Assembly: GCA_002392915.1 (NCBI GenBank)
Contig: DGHQ01000006.1
Location: 10,631 to 74,630, forward strand
Length of the DNA: 64,000 nucleotides
Reading direction: 5' to 3'
DNA from: Bacteroidales bacterium UBA3844
Lineage (GTDB): Bacteria; Bacteroidota; Bacteroidia; Bacteroidales; Paludibacteraceae
The position numbers and the translations under genes are program-made. The notes under the pieces are model-generated. The model was not told the DNA's origin and ran no database searches. It worked only from the letters and a program-made list of their open reading frames with translations. Numbering within the stretch: position 1 is the stretch's first letter; each line of letters opens with the position of its first letter. Shown in pieces: positions 1 to 9,918 of the stretch.

Positions 1-423
1 TTCAGTTTTTAGCGGTGTGAATTTCTCCGGTTGGTATAATAGAGCAACGTCTACTCCACGTTGGTCTTCACTTTCTTTATGAAGAAACGAATATCCAGCT
101 TTTTTCAACTGTGTGTTCTGAGTCAGATCGCGTAACACTCTATCATTTTCAATTTCAAGCAGGCAGACAATTCCCACGTCGCCCCACTCTCCACATCGAG
201 CTATCACACTTGCTGTGCGATGAAGTTTACCAAAATATTTGGATTTTGTCCAATGTTTGGCACTGAATTCTGTATACTCATAATCCTCTTTACCGTCATC
301 ATGCTCGTAATCGAACAAATTCTCACAATTATACGACATGATTCGCAAACATTGAGTGCTGTCGTAAGCAGACAATGGAAGTGACTTAAACAATAATGTT
401 ATCAATAAAACACGAAATTTCAT
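1..423 (-). CDS. endonuclease/exonuclease/phosphatase (EEP) family protein, N-terminal part (gene continues beyond window edge)
   Basis: Own translation of the minus strand from ATG at 423-421 gives MKFRVLLITLLFKSLPLSAYDSTQCLRIMSYNCENLFDYEHDD... This is a signal peptide followed by the 'MSYNxENLF' first strand typical of EEP-fold enzymes. The frame is open to position 1, so it is absent from the ORF track. Confidence 0.55.
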   Translation of the reverse strand, partial: MKFRVLLITLLFKSLPLSAYDSTQCLRIMSYNCENLFDYEHDDGKEDYEYTEFSAKHWTKSKYFGKLHRTASVIARCGEWGDVGIVCLLEIENDRVLRDLTQNTQLKKAGYSFLHKESEDQRGVDVALLYQPEKFTPLKTE

Positions 424-445
424 TCAGTCTGTTTTGAATTATTAA

Positions 446-1855
446 TCAGTATTCGAATGCTCCAGCATCAGGAAACTCGTCGTCGACGCGATTTTTTCCA
501 AAAATATCTGTCGCACATTCTGGATACAACTTCAATATCGCATCTGATCCTATGGTACGGAAGGAGCTTAAAGAGTCTGTCTTGAAATCAACAAAAAAAT
601 CATCTATGGATTTATTTGGATCTGAATGATAAAATTCTTCTTCAATATTCCATTTGTTGCCGTAATTACGTTCTCCAGCCAAAGAATCTTTCTGACTTAT
701 AGCACAACAAGCTATATCAAGACGGAATGTGTTTCCATTCAAGCTATCTTTCAAATTGTGGGCAACATTGTCGATAACGCTGCTTTTTGATCCGCTGATG
801 ACGGAATTGTTTAATTCTACTGATAATGAATCTTTTTTATTCAAATAAAGTGCTGGATTTTTTCCGGATAGTCCAAAAGTCAAATATGAAGCTATTGTGC
901 AGTGGTTAAACAGATATTTGCCGTCTGTGAGATAAACATTATAATATCCTCCATTTGCAAAAAGTGTGTTGTAGGCATAAATCTGAGACGCTTCAGAAAC
1001 AAGAGTTCCTCGTTTTGCATTGTAAATCTGTGAATTACCTACAATAACTTTTCTATCTACAAATGCGGAATCAACCACCAAACACTGATAGGCTCCGATA
1101 ATATTTGTTGAAATTATCTTGCAATCTCCTGATTTCTGCGACAACCACACTCCTTTCCAGTTGCCTGGCGCAAGATAATATTTAGTGTCCCTAAATAAAT
1201 AATCTCCACGGAAATATCTCATTTCAATTTGATTGTCCACTTTGCCGTTACAGTTTAATATACCATCTACATACAGACTTGCACCATTATGGAAATATAG
1301 TCTTACTCCGGCGTCTATATTAAGTGTCGCTCCCTCCTCTACTTTCAATGTGTCTTTTACTAAATATGGCTGTGTGCCTGAAAGTGTAGTGTCGGAAGTG
1401 ACGACAAAATGGTCGAGAATGATCGGTGTCTCGCTGAATGCGGATAAATAAACATAATCTACATTGCCATTGTATGAAAATGATATGGAATCAAGCAGTG
1501 CAAACGGAATGTCTGATCCTCTGCTATTTCCATTAGTCTGGACAAATACATACATGCTGTCACCGTCTGCAATCTCAATATTCGTTACGTTATGCGAATT
1601 CCTTCCATTGATGTTGACCATGAAATAGTCGTATGATGAAGCGTAATTAATTGATGAGATTTTTATCTTCTCTCCTGATTTGTTGTACACTTTCAGTGTC
1701 TGGTATGGGGTTGTCAGACCTGCAAGTATGGTGTCGAAACTTACAGTATCTACTGAATATTCAAGTTTATACTGAGGATCAGTTGTGATTTCATTATCTT
1801 TGCAAGATGCAAAAACGAAAAATAATATAAATATGTAAAAGACTATTTTTTTCAC
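446..1855 (-). CDS. hypothetical lipoprotein, probably a parallel beta-helix repeat protein
   Basis: 469-aa ORF with lipoprotein signal MKKIVFYIFILFFVFASC. It has repeated short G/N-rich strand motifs (GATLNIDAGVRLYFHNGASLYVDG...). It overlaps the upstream gene by 4 nt. Confidence 0.6.
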   Translation of the reverse strand: MKKIVFYIFILFFVFASCKDNEITTDPQYKLEYSVDTVSFDTILAGLTTPYQTLKVYNKSGEKIKISSINYASSYDYFMVNINGRNSHNVTNIEIADGDSMYVFVQTNGNSRGSDIPFALLDSISFSYNGNVDYVYLSAFSETPIILDHFVVTSDTTLSGTQPYLVKDTLKVEEGATLNIDAGVRLYFHNGASLYVDGILNCNGKVDNQIEMRYFRGDYLFRDTKYYLAPGNWKGVWLSQKSGDCKIISTNIIGAYQCLVVDSAFVDRKVIVGNSQIYNAKRGTLVSEASQIYAYNTLFANGGYYNVYLTDGKYLFNHCTIASYLTFGLSGKNPALYLNKKDSLSVELNNSVISGSKSSVIDNVAHNLKDSLNGNTFRLDIACCAISQKDSLAGERNYGNKWNIEEEFYHSDPNKSIDDFFVDFKTDSLSSFRTIGSDAILKLYPECATDIFGKNRVDDEFPDAGAFEY

Positions 1856-3141
1856 TTTATAGAATATTTTAAGACGCTGTTCTGTGGCGCATTGACATCA
1901 TTTTCACCACAAACTAAATAGAAAGAACCGTTAAGCACAAATGAAGATGATTTCTTACGAATCTCTCCAAAAGAACCCATTGTGCTCCACTCTTTTCCAT
2001 CAAAAGACATGAACAAAGATTCTTTACCCATCTCTCCCTCTCCTCCTGCGACGTAGCATTTATCGCCAGATGAGAATCCGGATGAATAAATCAACACTTC
2101 GCAGCCTGAGTAAGCGATTCTCCATGAATCAGTAGCTATATCATACTTATATAGAGTTGTATTTTTTAAGTTTTCTTTAAGATTGTAACCGCCACCTACA
2201 TACACTTCTCCGTTCAGTGTGAATGTGAAACATCCGGTCAAAGCCAATGGGAAATTATTCTTTTGTGACCAAGAGTTGTTCTGTGGATCAAAACACCATA
2301 TTTCATTTGTGTATGCTTCTTTTTCCCTATATCCGCCTACGACATATCCTTTTCCGTTAGCCACAAATGATACAGATCCTGTTCTTCCAATACCAGGGAA
2401 TGTTTGCATCTTTTTCCAGTTGTCTGTCGCGACTTCATAAGCGTATGTTGTTGTGTTATAACCGTTTATTGACTGATCGTAGTATCTTCCCAAAGCCACA
2501 TATGCAACGTCGTCGATAACGAAACTGATTGCCATATCCAATCCTGTCGACGGGAAGTTATTCAAATGACTCCACTTGTCTGTTGTGGGATCATATTGCC
2601 ATAAGTCGTTGTAGTATTTGTCCTCTCCTCTTGATGAACTTTTTCCAAGTCCATAGTATCCTTTGTCTTTCAGAGAAAAGGCGATTCCACCACTTCGCAG
2701 TCCTCCTGTAAATGGAGCGACCTGCGACCATACATTGGCAAGATTGAAATTTTTGTCAATATTAAATGATTTGGTCTGTGTATTCACATGACTCAGATAG
2801 TTTCCTATTTTATATGAGTAGTAATATTTTGTATCACGTTTCAAGCCTGGAACTATACAAATAAATGTGTCGTTCATAGCATTCACATTTTTTGCCTGAA
2901 TTTCTGTGGCATGAGACATATCAATGTCCTCTGAAATCTTCAATGTTACATAATCAATACTAGACTTATCGACATCACATTCCACAACAGCTCTGATTGT
3001 GACTCCGACAACTGTGTCTGCGCCTACAATCTGGGTGTTTACATCTACATTATGTATGGCTGGTTCTGAATCATCATGACACGCTGAAAAAGCGAGCACC
3101 GTCAACAGAAACAATATATATTCACTCAATCTTTTTCTCAT
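1852..3141 (-). CDS. Kelch-repeat (beta-propeller) lipoprotein
   Basis: 429-aa ORF with lipobox LTVLAFSAC. The C-terminal two thirds show repeated Kelch-like units (YYGLG..., NDLWQYDPTTDKWS, YVVGGY..NEIWCFDPQNNSWS, YVGGGY..LYKYDIATDSW). Confidence 0.65.
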   Translation of the reverse strand: MRKRLSEYILFLLTVLAFSACHDDSEPAIHNVDVNTQIVGADTVVGVTIRAVVECDVDKSSIDYVTLKISEDIDMSHATEIQAKNVNAMNDTFICIVPGLKRDTKYYYSYKIGNYLSHVNTQTKSFNIDKNFNLANVWSQVAPFTGGLRSGGIAFSLKDKGYYGLGKSSSRGEDKYYNDLWQYDPTTDKWSHLNNFPSTGLDMAISFVIDDVAYVALGRYYDQSINGYNTTTYAYEVATDNWKKMQTFPGIGRTGSVSFVANGKGYVVGGYREKEAYTNEIWCFDPQNNSWSQKNNFPLALTGCFTFTLNGEVYVGGGYNLKENLKNTTLYKYDIATDSWRIAYSGCEVLIYSSGFSSGDKCYVAGGEGEMGKESLFMSFDGKEWSTMGSFGEIRKKSSSFVLNGSFYLVCGENDVNAPQNSVLKYSIK

Positions 3142-3144
3142 ACC

Positions 3145-3798
3145 TTAAAATCTATATCCCAATCCTACTCTAAAATCAGCAAGTTTGAACTTGGTTGTGT
3201 TTAATCCTAGTTTTACTAGCAGTTTGTTGAAATTGGCAATCGCTCCAAAATCAAATGTCCAGCCTTCTGTACTATTGTCGTCAACAATAAGTAGTTCGCC
3301 ATCAACTGTCTCAAACATCAATCGACGCCATGAATAGCCTCCTCCTGCATATACACATAGTTTTGGCAGGATCTTATATGTAGCTCCACCGACCAAACTT
3401 AATCTGGAAACTTCTTTATTTCCTGACAAGAATGCTTGTTTGCCATTTTCATCGAATCCGTTTTTATTAATATGGTATTCAAGAGGCTTATGAAAATTGA
3501 AATTTGTATGTGCTGTGATATATCCGCCCCACGTCTCCATATAAGCTATTGTGATACCGAATGTTGGATCACAGTATGATGTCAATCCAAACTCTCCCAA
3601 AGCATATACATGTTTGGCATCAATGTCCACCACTGAGATCGTGTCACTTGAAAGTGAATCGACGGGAGTATAATAATCGTCATCGTCATATACGGCATCT
3701 TGTGCGGATGCTGGTATGACGGATAATAATAATGTTGATATGATTAATAATATACTTTTCCTCATGCTAATAAAATATTTACAAATATAGCAAAACAT
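3145..3798 (-). CDS. outer-membrane beta-barrel (porin-family) protein
   Basis: Signal peptide MRKSILLIISTLLLSVIPASAQD; the likely true start is the Met at 3765. Alternating hydrophobic strands end in ...FRVGLGYRF with a terminal aromatic, as in OM beta-barrels. Confidence 0.55.
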   Translation of the reverse strand: MFCYICKYFISMRKSILLIISTLLLSVIPASAQDAVYDDDDYYTPVDSLSSDTISVVDIDAKHVYALGEFGLTSYCDPTFGITIAYMETWGGYITAHTNFNFHKPLEYHINKNGFDENGKQAFLSGNKEVSRLSLVGGATYKILPKLCVYAGGGYSWRRLMFETVDGELLIVDDNSTEGWTFDFGAIANFNKLLVKLGLNTTKFKLADFRVGLGYRF

Positions 3799-3861
3799 TT
3801 GAATAATAAATGTATAAATGAGAAAAATGAGGCTGTACTGTTTCTAAATGTCATAATTGAT

Positions 3862-5484
3862 TTATAGTCCAAACGGTGCTTTATCCTCAAATGTCATCTC
3901 TTTTTGTGTGTTTGGATGCTCAAATGTGATTTTTTCTGCGTGAAGCATAAGTCTGCAAACAATTGATTTGCTGCCATATAACCTGTCTCCCACAATTGGG
4001 GCATCTGCACCTTCCTTGCACGAAAGATGCACTCGTATCTGATGTGTCCTTCCTGTCTGCGGATAAACATCAATCAAAGCCTTTCCCTCTTTTTCATTCA
4101 CCACCTTATAATATGTCTCTGCATATAATCCATATTCTCGACTGATCATCTGCATTGGTCTGTTGGAGACATCTGGAGCAAGAGGCAAAATGATGGTCTG
4201 CTCTTTTGTAGACGGGATTTTTTCCGTCATCGCCACATATTTTTTCTGGATTGAATGGTTTTCAAACTGTTTTTGAAGATGATGATAAGCATTGATATTC
4301 AATGCTATAACCATAATACCTGAAGTGTCTTGGTCCAGTCGGTGAACGATTTTGGGTCCGGAATAGTCACGACATATGTTTTCAGCCCAAGTTTCCACAC
4401 TTGTTTGACTCTCTTTCCCTCGTACACTCAAAAGTCCTGATGGTTTTGAAATGACTAATATGTCATCGTCACGGTATAGCGTCTTGATTTCCTCATTTTC
4501 ATAATCAAAATCAAGTTTGTTTTTTTTCAAATCCACTCCTTCAAGCATGAAGTTCATTATAGGCAAACATTTGGATCTGCATGCGTGATAGTATGTGCCT
4601 GAGTGTCGCACTCTTCCAGACGGAGAGTCTCCAATCCAAAACTCTGCCATGCTGATTGGTTGATAATCATTGCGATATGCATATTCAAGCAGACGTGGGG
4701 CTGCACACTCTCCTGCTCCAGACGGTGGCATTACTTCGTCGCTGAAGATATCGAGCAACGTCTTCTCATCTCCTTTGGTGTTATGAAAACGGAAGTCTCT
4801 GAAGATTCTTCGCTGAAGATTTCTAGATTTTTCTTCCCGTTGTTTTTTGAGATTATCAATCTGATTTTTCAATTGGTCGACGGGAATATTAGCAGCCAGT
4901 TTTGTTTTTTCAACCTCCTGCTTTAGTCGTTTTAGCTGGTTTTTCTGCGTCGAACTTTCATTATTCATCTTTTGGATTTCCTCAGCTGTGGCAGTCGGAC
5001 GAAGTGAGTCACGCAGAATCTTCTGTTGCTTTGTAAATTCTTGATATTCAGCAAGACGTGTCTCACACTCTACCACTACGGAATTTTTATTTACCATAGC
5101 TGATTCAAGTTTCAACACATTTTCTAAATTTTTAATTTCTTTTCCTATTGCAGAAATCTCTTTTTCTCCACTTCTGTAATATGAATCTGGTGTAAGAATA
5201 TCAAAAACAGGTGGCACAAAACCAGGATGCTCATTTTTACCAAACAATTGTCCGGAGAATGACAGTAGGTAACCAATTTCGCCATTCGAATTCTTCACCA
5301 CTAGCACTCCAATCATCTTACCCTTTTGTAATTCCGTCTTCAACGCATCATCAGAGTCGAGATTAGTTAGAAAATCTTTGAATGCGTCAAGCACAGCGTC
5401 GGATGGAAGATACGAAAATGGATCCCCAAGCTTCTCTGGCAATGATGAAAATTGTTTTTTATGGAATGGTGAAGAGAAAAACAT
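3862..5484 (-). CDS. RluA-family pseudouridine synthase with a long N-terminal extension
   Basis: The C-terminal third carries the RluA catalytic motif HRLDQDTSGIMVIA and ...GRTHQIRVHL. About 335 aa of extra N-terminal sequence include a long coiled coil. Confidence 0.85.
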   Translation of the reverse strand: MFFSSPFHKKQFSSLPEKLGDPFSYLPSDAVLDAFKDFLTNLDSDDALKTELQKGKMIGVLVVKNSNGEIGYLLSFSGQLFGKNEHPGFVPPVFDILTPDSYYRSGEKEISAIGKEIKNLENVLKLESAMVNKNSVVVECETRLAEYQEFTKQQKILRDSLRPTATAEEIQKMNNESSTQKNQLKRLKQEVEKTKLAANIPVDQLKNQIDNLKKQREEKSRNLQRRIFRDFRFHNTKGDEKTLLDIFSDEVMPPSGAGECAAPRLLEYAYRNDYQPISMAEFWIGDSPSGRVRHSGTYYHACRSKCLPIMNFMLEGVDLKKNKLDFDYENEEIKTLYRDDDILVISKPSGLLSVRGKESQTSVETWAENICRDYSGPKIVHRLDQDTSGIMVIALNINAYHHLQKQFENHSIQKKYVAMTEKIPSTKEQTIILPLAPDVSNRPMQMISREYGLYAETYYKVVNEKEGKALIDVYPQTGRTHQIRVHLSCKEGADAPIVGDRLYGSKSIVCRLMLHAEKITFEHPNTQKEMTFEDKAPFGL

Positions 5485-5593
5485 TAAATTACGATAAACG
5501 ATATACGAAAGACGAATTATGAATTATGAATTTAAAAGAGGGAGGTCCTCATTACAAGTTCCTCCCCCCATTTATCCAAACAATCAATTATTA

Positions 5594-7372
5594 TCACTCT
5601 TTGATGTCTACCTTCAAGCACAACTCTTCAAGCTGAGCATCATCGATAACTGATGGACAATCCATCATAGTGTCACGACCTGAATTGTTTTTAGGGAATG
5701 CGATACAGTCGCGGATAGAATCCAAACCAGCAAGCATAGACACAACACGGTCAAGACCGAAAGCCAAACCTGCGTGAGGTGGTGCTCCGTATTTGAATGC
5801 TGTCATCAAGCAGCCGAACTGATCCTGAGCCTTTTCCTGTGTAAATCCAAGAAGCTGGAACATCTTGTTCTGCAACTCTGAATCATGGATACGTACACTA
5901 CCACCACCAAGCTCAACTCCGTTCATAGCCAAATCGTATGCGTTAGCGCGTACACGGCCTGGATCAGAGTCAAGATACTGAACATCCTCAAGTTTTGGAC
6001 TTGTGAATGGGTGATGCATAGCGTAGAAACGCTGATCTTCTTCGTTCCACTCGAACAATGGGAAGTCGATAACCCAAAGTGGAGCAAACTTGTTCTTGTC
6101 GCGAAGCTCAAGTCTGTCACCCATTTCTAGACGCAAAGTGTTCATTTGTCCACGAACTTTCATTGCATCGTCGCCACACAAAATCAAAATCAAATCGCCT
6201 GCCTTAGCGTTTGCTTTTTCTGCAATCTTACGCAAAGAAGCCTCGTCGTAGAATTTGTCGACGCTGCTCTTGATTGTGCCGTCTTCCTTCATCTGGATGT
6301 AAACCAATCCTTTGGCACCAACCTGAGGACGTTTTACAAACTCTGTCATCTGGTCTAATTGCTTTCTTGTCCAAGATGCACAACCGTTAGCACAGATAGC
6401 TACAACGAAATTAGCACCGTCGAAAACAGGGAATGAATGGCCAGAAACCAAGTCCTCACCACCTTCTTTTACATTTTTTAGCTCGACAAACTCCATGCCG
6501 AAACGCATATCTGGTTTATCTGAACCAAAACGCTTCATGCATTCATGCCAAGTCAAACGAGGGAATGAATCTGTGAATTCAACGCCTCTTGCATATTTGA
6601 AGATGTGCTTTATCATACCCTCAAACATCTGAAGAACGTCTTCCTGCTCCACGTAACTCATTTCGCAGTCGATCTGAGTAAACTCTGGCTGACGATCAGC
6701 ACGCAAATCCTCATCACGGAAACATTTCACAATCTGGAAATAACGGTCGATACCGCCCACCATCAAAAGCTGCTTAAACTGCTGTGGACTCTGAGGAAGA
6801 GCGTAGAACTGTCCCTGATTCATACGTGATGGCACAACGAAGTCGCGCGCTCCTTCAGGAGTAGACTTGATAAGCACTGGAGTCTCAACCTCTAGGAATC
6901 CCTGAGAGTCAAGGTAGCGGCGAGTCTCAAACGCGATATTATGACGCAATACAAGGTTGTTGAGAACAGGCTTTCTTCTCAAGTCAAGATAACGGTACTG
7001 CATTCTCAAATCGTCACCACCGTCTGAATTATCTTCGATTGTGAATGGAGGCACCTCACTTTTGCTAAGCACCTTCATGTTGTCGGCTATAATCTCAATC
7101 TCACCTGTAGGGATCTGATTGTTCTTGTTGCTACGCTCACAAACCTTACCTGTAACTTGAATGACCCACTCACGACCAATATGGTTAGCCTGAGCTGTAA
7201 GATCTGCATTCTTACCTTCGTCGAACACAATCTGAGTGATACCATAACGATCGCGAAGATCAACGAATGTCATACCACCCATTTTTCTGACTTTCTGTAC
7301 CCAGCCTGCAAGTTTCACCTCGCTGCCTACATTGCTAAGCCTAAGCTCACCACAAGTATTGCTTCTATACAT
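5594..7372 (-). CDS. aspS: aspartate--tRNA ligase
   Basis: 592 aa. It shows N-terminal OB anticodon-binding ([11 protein letters not shown]...[22 protein letters not shown]) and class-II motifs ([38 protein letters not shown]). Confidence 0.95.
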   Translation of the reverse strand: MYRSNTCGELRLSNVGSEVKLAGWVQKVRKMGGMTFVDLRDRYGITQIVFDEGKNADLTAQANHIGREWVIQVTGKVCERSNKNNQIPTGEIEIIADNMKVLSKSEVPPFTIEDNSDGGDDLRMQYRYLDLRRKPVLNNLVLRHNIAFETRRYLDSQGFLEVETPVLIKSTPEGARDFVVPSRMNQGQFYALPQSPQQFKQLLMVGGIDRYFQIVKCFRDEDLRADRQPEFTQIDCEMSYVEQEDVLQMFEGMIKHIFKYARGVEFTDSFPRLTWHECMKRFGSDKPDMRFGMEFVELKNVKEGGEDLVSGHSFPVFDGANFVVAICANGCASWTRKQLDQMTEFVKRPQVGAKGLVYIQMKEDGTIKSSVDKFYDEASLRKIAEKANAKAGDLILILCGDDAMKVRGQMNTLRLEMGDRLELRDKNKFAPLWVIDFPLFEWNEEDQRFYAMHHPFTSPKLEDVQYLDSDPGRVRANAYDLAMNGVELGGGSVRIHDSELQNKMFQLLGFTQEKAQDQFGCLMTAFKYGAPPHAGLAFGLDRVVSMLAGLDSIRDCIAFPKNNSGRDTMMDCPSVIDDAQLEELCLKVDIKE

Positions 7373-7568
7373 AATTTTTATATTCGAATTTCTTTTTCAA
7401 AAACTCCACAAATTTCGCAAAAAAAATCCAATAAAAGTGTATGTGACAAAGATTTTTGAGAAAAAAAAGTATATTTGCATTAAGTATAGTTATTTAGGGA
7501 TTGCAAAGGACGAAAAGTCAGTGTTGCACCCGTATTTTGAGTCGTATTAATAAAAAAACATACAGGTT

Positions 7569-7841
7569 ATGACAGTTGCAGAAATGAAAATTAGTAACAG
7601 GGAAAGGCTTGACAAACTTGAAGCCTTAGACCCAGAAAAGCTGAACGACATTTTGGATTATGTGTTCAGCAAGTTAATATCTATGCCTAATGAGGAGGAA
7701 AAGAAATCAAAGTCTGACATTTCTAAAATTCAAGATAAAGAAGAGTTGCCTTCTTATTTTGGAATCTGGAAAGACAATGGAGACGAAATTAAAGAATTAA
7801 TTTATAAATCAAGAACAAAAAATCAGGAAGTTATTTTATGA
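7569..7841 (+). CDS. putative antitoxin of a PIN/VapC-type TA module
   Basis: Small 90-aa charged ORF. Its stop overlaps the start of the PIN fragment by 4 nt (ATGA at 7838-7841). No recognisable family by eye. Confidence 0.4.
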   Translation: MTVAEMKISNRERLDKLEALDPEKLNDILDYVFSKLISMPNEEEKKSKSDISKIQDKEELPSYFGIWKDNGDEIKELIYKSRTKNQEVIL

Positions 7842-8026
7842 ATGTATTGTTAGACACATGTGCTTGCATTGAAATTCTGAAAGGCAATATGAATGTTTAT
7901 AGAATTGTTAAGTCTCTTTCAAATAGCCAAAGATTAGTCTCGGAAATCACAGTCGCTGAATTAATGTTTGGTGTAGAACTTTCTAAAAGAAAGGTTTTTG
8001 AACAACAAAAAGTCAATGATTTTTGA
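7838..8026 (+). pseudogene. truncated PIN-domain (VapC-like) toxin remnant
   Basis: 62 aa starting MNVLLDTCACIEILKG, the PIN N-terminal acidic motif. Full-length VapC is about 130 aa. A PIN-like continuation (..IRRFAKEKARLQKT*) appears in another frame just downstream and then stops. Confidence 0.55.
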
Positions 8027-8103
8027 ACGATTTTTCAATTCTTCCAATTTCCAATTCAATCAGAAGATTTGCTAAAGAGAAAGCACGATTGCAAAAAACA
8101 TAA

Positions 8104-8127
8104 AGAGATGCACGACCGTGCGTCTCT
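8104..8127 (-). terminator. hairpin terminator, GAGA(C/T)G..CGTCTC class
   Basis: AGAGATGCAC-gacc-GTGCGTCTCT forms a 10-bp stem with one G-T pair. It lies between the TerB-like gene stop (8162) and the PIN remnant. Confidence 0.5.
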
Positions 8128-8161
8128 ACACATGATGACCATCAATTTTGCATTCATAAAT

Positions 8162-8563
8162 TCATTTTTCAGAATTCGTCTCATTGCCCTCAATTTGTAT
8201 TTGAGGATTGTTCTGACACACAGATGCGATTGCAAGCACGAATGCGGACTGTGGCAATCCCAATGCATTGTTGATCTTGTTGAGAAATTCTACCTCCTGC
8301 AGTTTCAGTTTGTTGTCTGCCAAAGCCACAAGAATACACGACTGCATCAAAACAAGTTTGTTTTCAGCTGCGACGGTTCTTGCGATCGCTTCTGCTGAAT
8401 CATGCTGATACATCTTAGTCTTAATAGCCTTCGCTACTGCTTCTGTGTCCAGCTTCAACCCATCTGCAAGAAAAACGATTGTATCAACCTCTTTTTGTTC
8501 CATCTCTCTGTCGGCCTTAACAGTTGCTACTGTCAATGCCACGAATTGCTCTAAGAAATCCAT
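8162..8563 (-). CDS. TerB-like (tellurite-resistance TerB fold) protein
   Basis: 133 aa with two helical half-repeats of the TerB pattern (TVATVKADREMEQKEVDTIVFLADGL... and ILVALADNKLKLQEVEFLNKINNALGL). Confidence 0.5.
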   Translation of the reverse strand: MDFLEQFVALTVATVKADREMEQKEVDTIVFLADGLKLDTEAVAKAIKTKMYQHDSAEAIARTVAAENKLVLMQSCILVALADNKLKLQEVEFLNKINNALGLPQSAFVLAIASVCQNNPQIQIEGNETNSEK

Positions 8564-8683
8564 ATTTTATTTTTTAGTTATTACTACGCTTTGCTTATGT
8601 TTCTCAATAATAATATAAATTTTTATAATTAGTTTAATCGAGATGCTTTATTTAACAATAATTAATATGAATCGTCGTATTTT

Positions 8684-9880
8684 TCATTTAGCATTTATAT
8701 AGCACACTCTTCCAATCTTCCTCATCCACTCTTTGTTTTCGTCGTAGCTCTTTTCATCAGTCAAAACCCATACGAATTTAGTCCGTGTGAAAAAATCAAT
8801 TTTGGGTTGCGGCGCATATCCGTCTGTGAAGATTATCATTCCGTCGTAGACATTATGATTTTGAAGATAATCAATGACCACTTGGAAATCTGTGCCTCCT
8901 CTACCCTTCACTTCGCCACATTTCATTTGCTTGGCATCTTTTATACTGATTGGTTGCGGTGTCTGTAGCTGGCAGTCAAACTGTATTACGTCTATTTTCG
9001 ACACTCCATATCTGAACATGCGTCGCATCACTCCAAAGAAATTTGCCAATTCTGTATGAGTGACAGACAAACTTGTATCAACAGCTATCAGCAATCGCGT
9101 CTCCAGATCATATTTGCTTCCCATCTGTTGGAAATCAAATCGTCGGTTTGGACGCATTCGTGTCAGATGACGTTTGCTAGAGAGGATGGATGCGCGGAAT
9201 CCTGAAAGTGTTTTTCTATAATCTATTTTAGCTTTCGACGATGCGATTATCTTCTCCGTAAGATTTCCTGGAATGGAGCCCCAACTTTTTGAAGAATTTA
9301 TCTCTTCGATAAGTTCGTTGATTTTGTCACATCTTTCATCATCTTCTTCCCAGAGTGCCGCTCTGTCCGACATATTTCCGGGAACATCAGTGTTGAATCC
9401 TGAATTTGAATCTGATTTATCATTATTCCCGTCGTCATCATTGGAATCACCACCAGAATCTTTTAAATTTTCATCATTTATCTTTATCAGGTACCATTCG
9501 TAGAATTTTCCTGATTCAAGTCCGAAATCAGCGGGATTGACAAATCTGTATTCTTCAAATTTATAATGCCCATACAGTGTCATGTCGCTGGCGGCGATCA
9601 TTTTTTCGTTCGGACAGTTGACAGGACGACGTGAGTATGGATGCTTTAGGAAGACGCGGATCATTTCCGTCTTCATCAATTCTTCCAACTGATTGTCTGT
9701 CAACAATTTTATATAGTCTGCATTATATTCAATTCTGCCCTGTCCACATCTTATCGCACAATTCATATATGGATTTTCAGTCAGTGCATTTATGCAGTAG
9801 ACAGCAAAAAATGCAGGCTCACGAAGATACCACATATCCGCGAGCTGCTTAAATCTATCTTTTGCAATCAATTTCTCCAT
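8684..9880 (-). CDS. VWA-like domain protein (DUF2201-type: degenerate metallopeptidase-like N-domain plus VWA C-domain)
   Basis: 398 aa. The C-terminal part shows LLIAVDTSLSVT (a DxSxS MIDAS-like motif) ... GGTDFQVV ... IIFTDG. The N-domain resembles the DUF2201_N region but has TEMIR where HExxH would sit. An acidic low-complexity linker is present. A MoxR ATPase gene lies directly upstream. Confidence 0.7.
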   Translation of the reverse strand: MEKLIAKDRFKQLADMWYLREPAFFAVYCINALTENPYMNCAIRCGQGRIEYNADYIKLLTDNQLEELMKTEMIRVFLKHPYSRRPVNCPNEKMIAASDMTLYGHYKFEEYRFVNPADFGLESGKFYEWYLIKINDENLKDSGGDSNDDDGNNDKSDSNSGFNTDVPGNMSDRAALWEEDDERCDKINELIEEINSSKSWGSIPGNLTEKIIASSKAKIDYRKTLSGFRASILSSKRHLTRMRPNRRFDFQQMGSKYDLETRLLIAVDTSLSVTHTELANFFGVMRRMFRYGVSKIDVIQFDCQLQTPQPISIKDAKQMKCGEVKGRGGTDFQVVIDYLQNHNVYDGMIIFTDGYAPQPKIDFFTRTKFVWVLTDEKSYDENKEWMRKIGRVCYINAK

Positions 9881-9918
9881 ATAAAATTTATCTACGTTTT
9901 TGTCTATCGTCTATCTTA

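Noticed and set aside
5541-5570. GGGAGG...CCTCCC pairing after aspS as a terminator
   Set aside because: The stem is only 6 bp with a ~17-nt loop and no flanking T-run, which is too weak to report as a feature.
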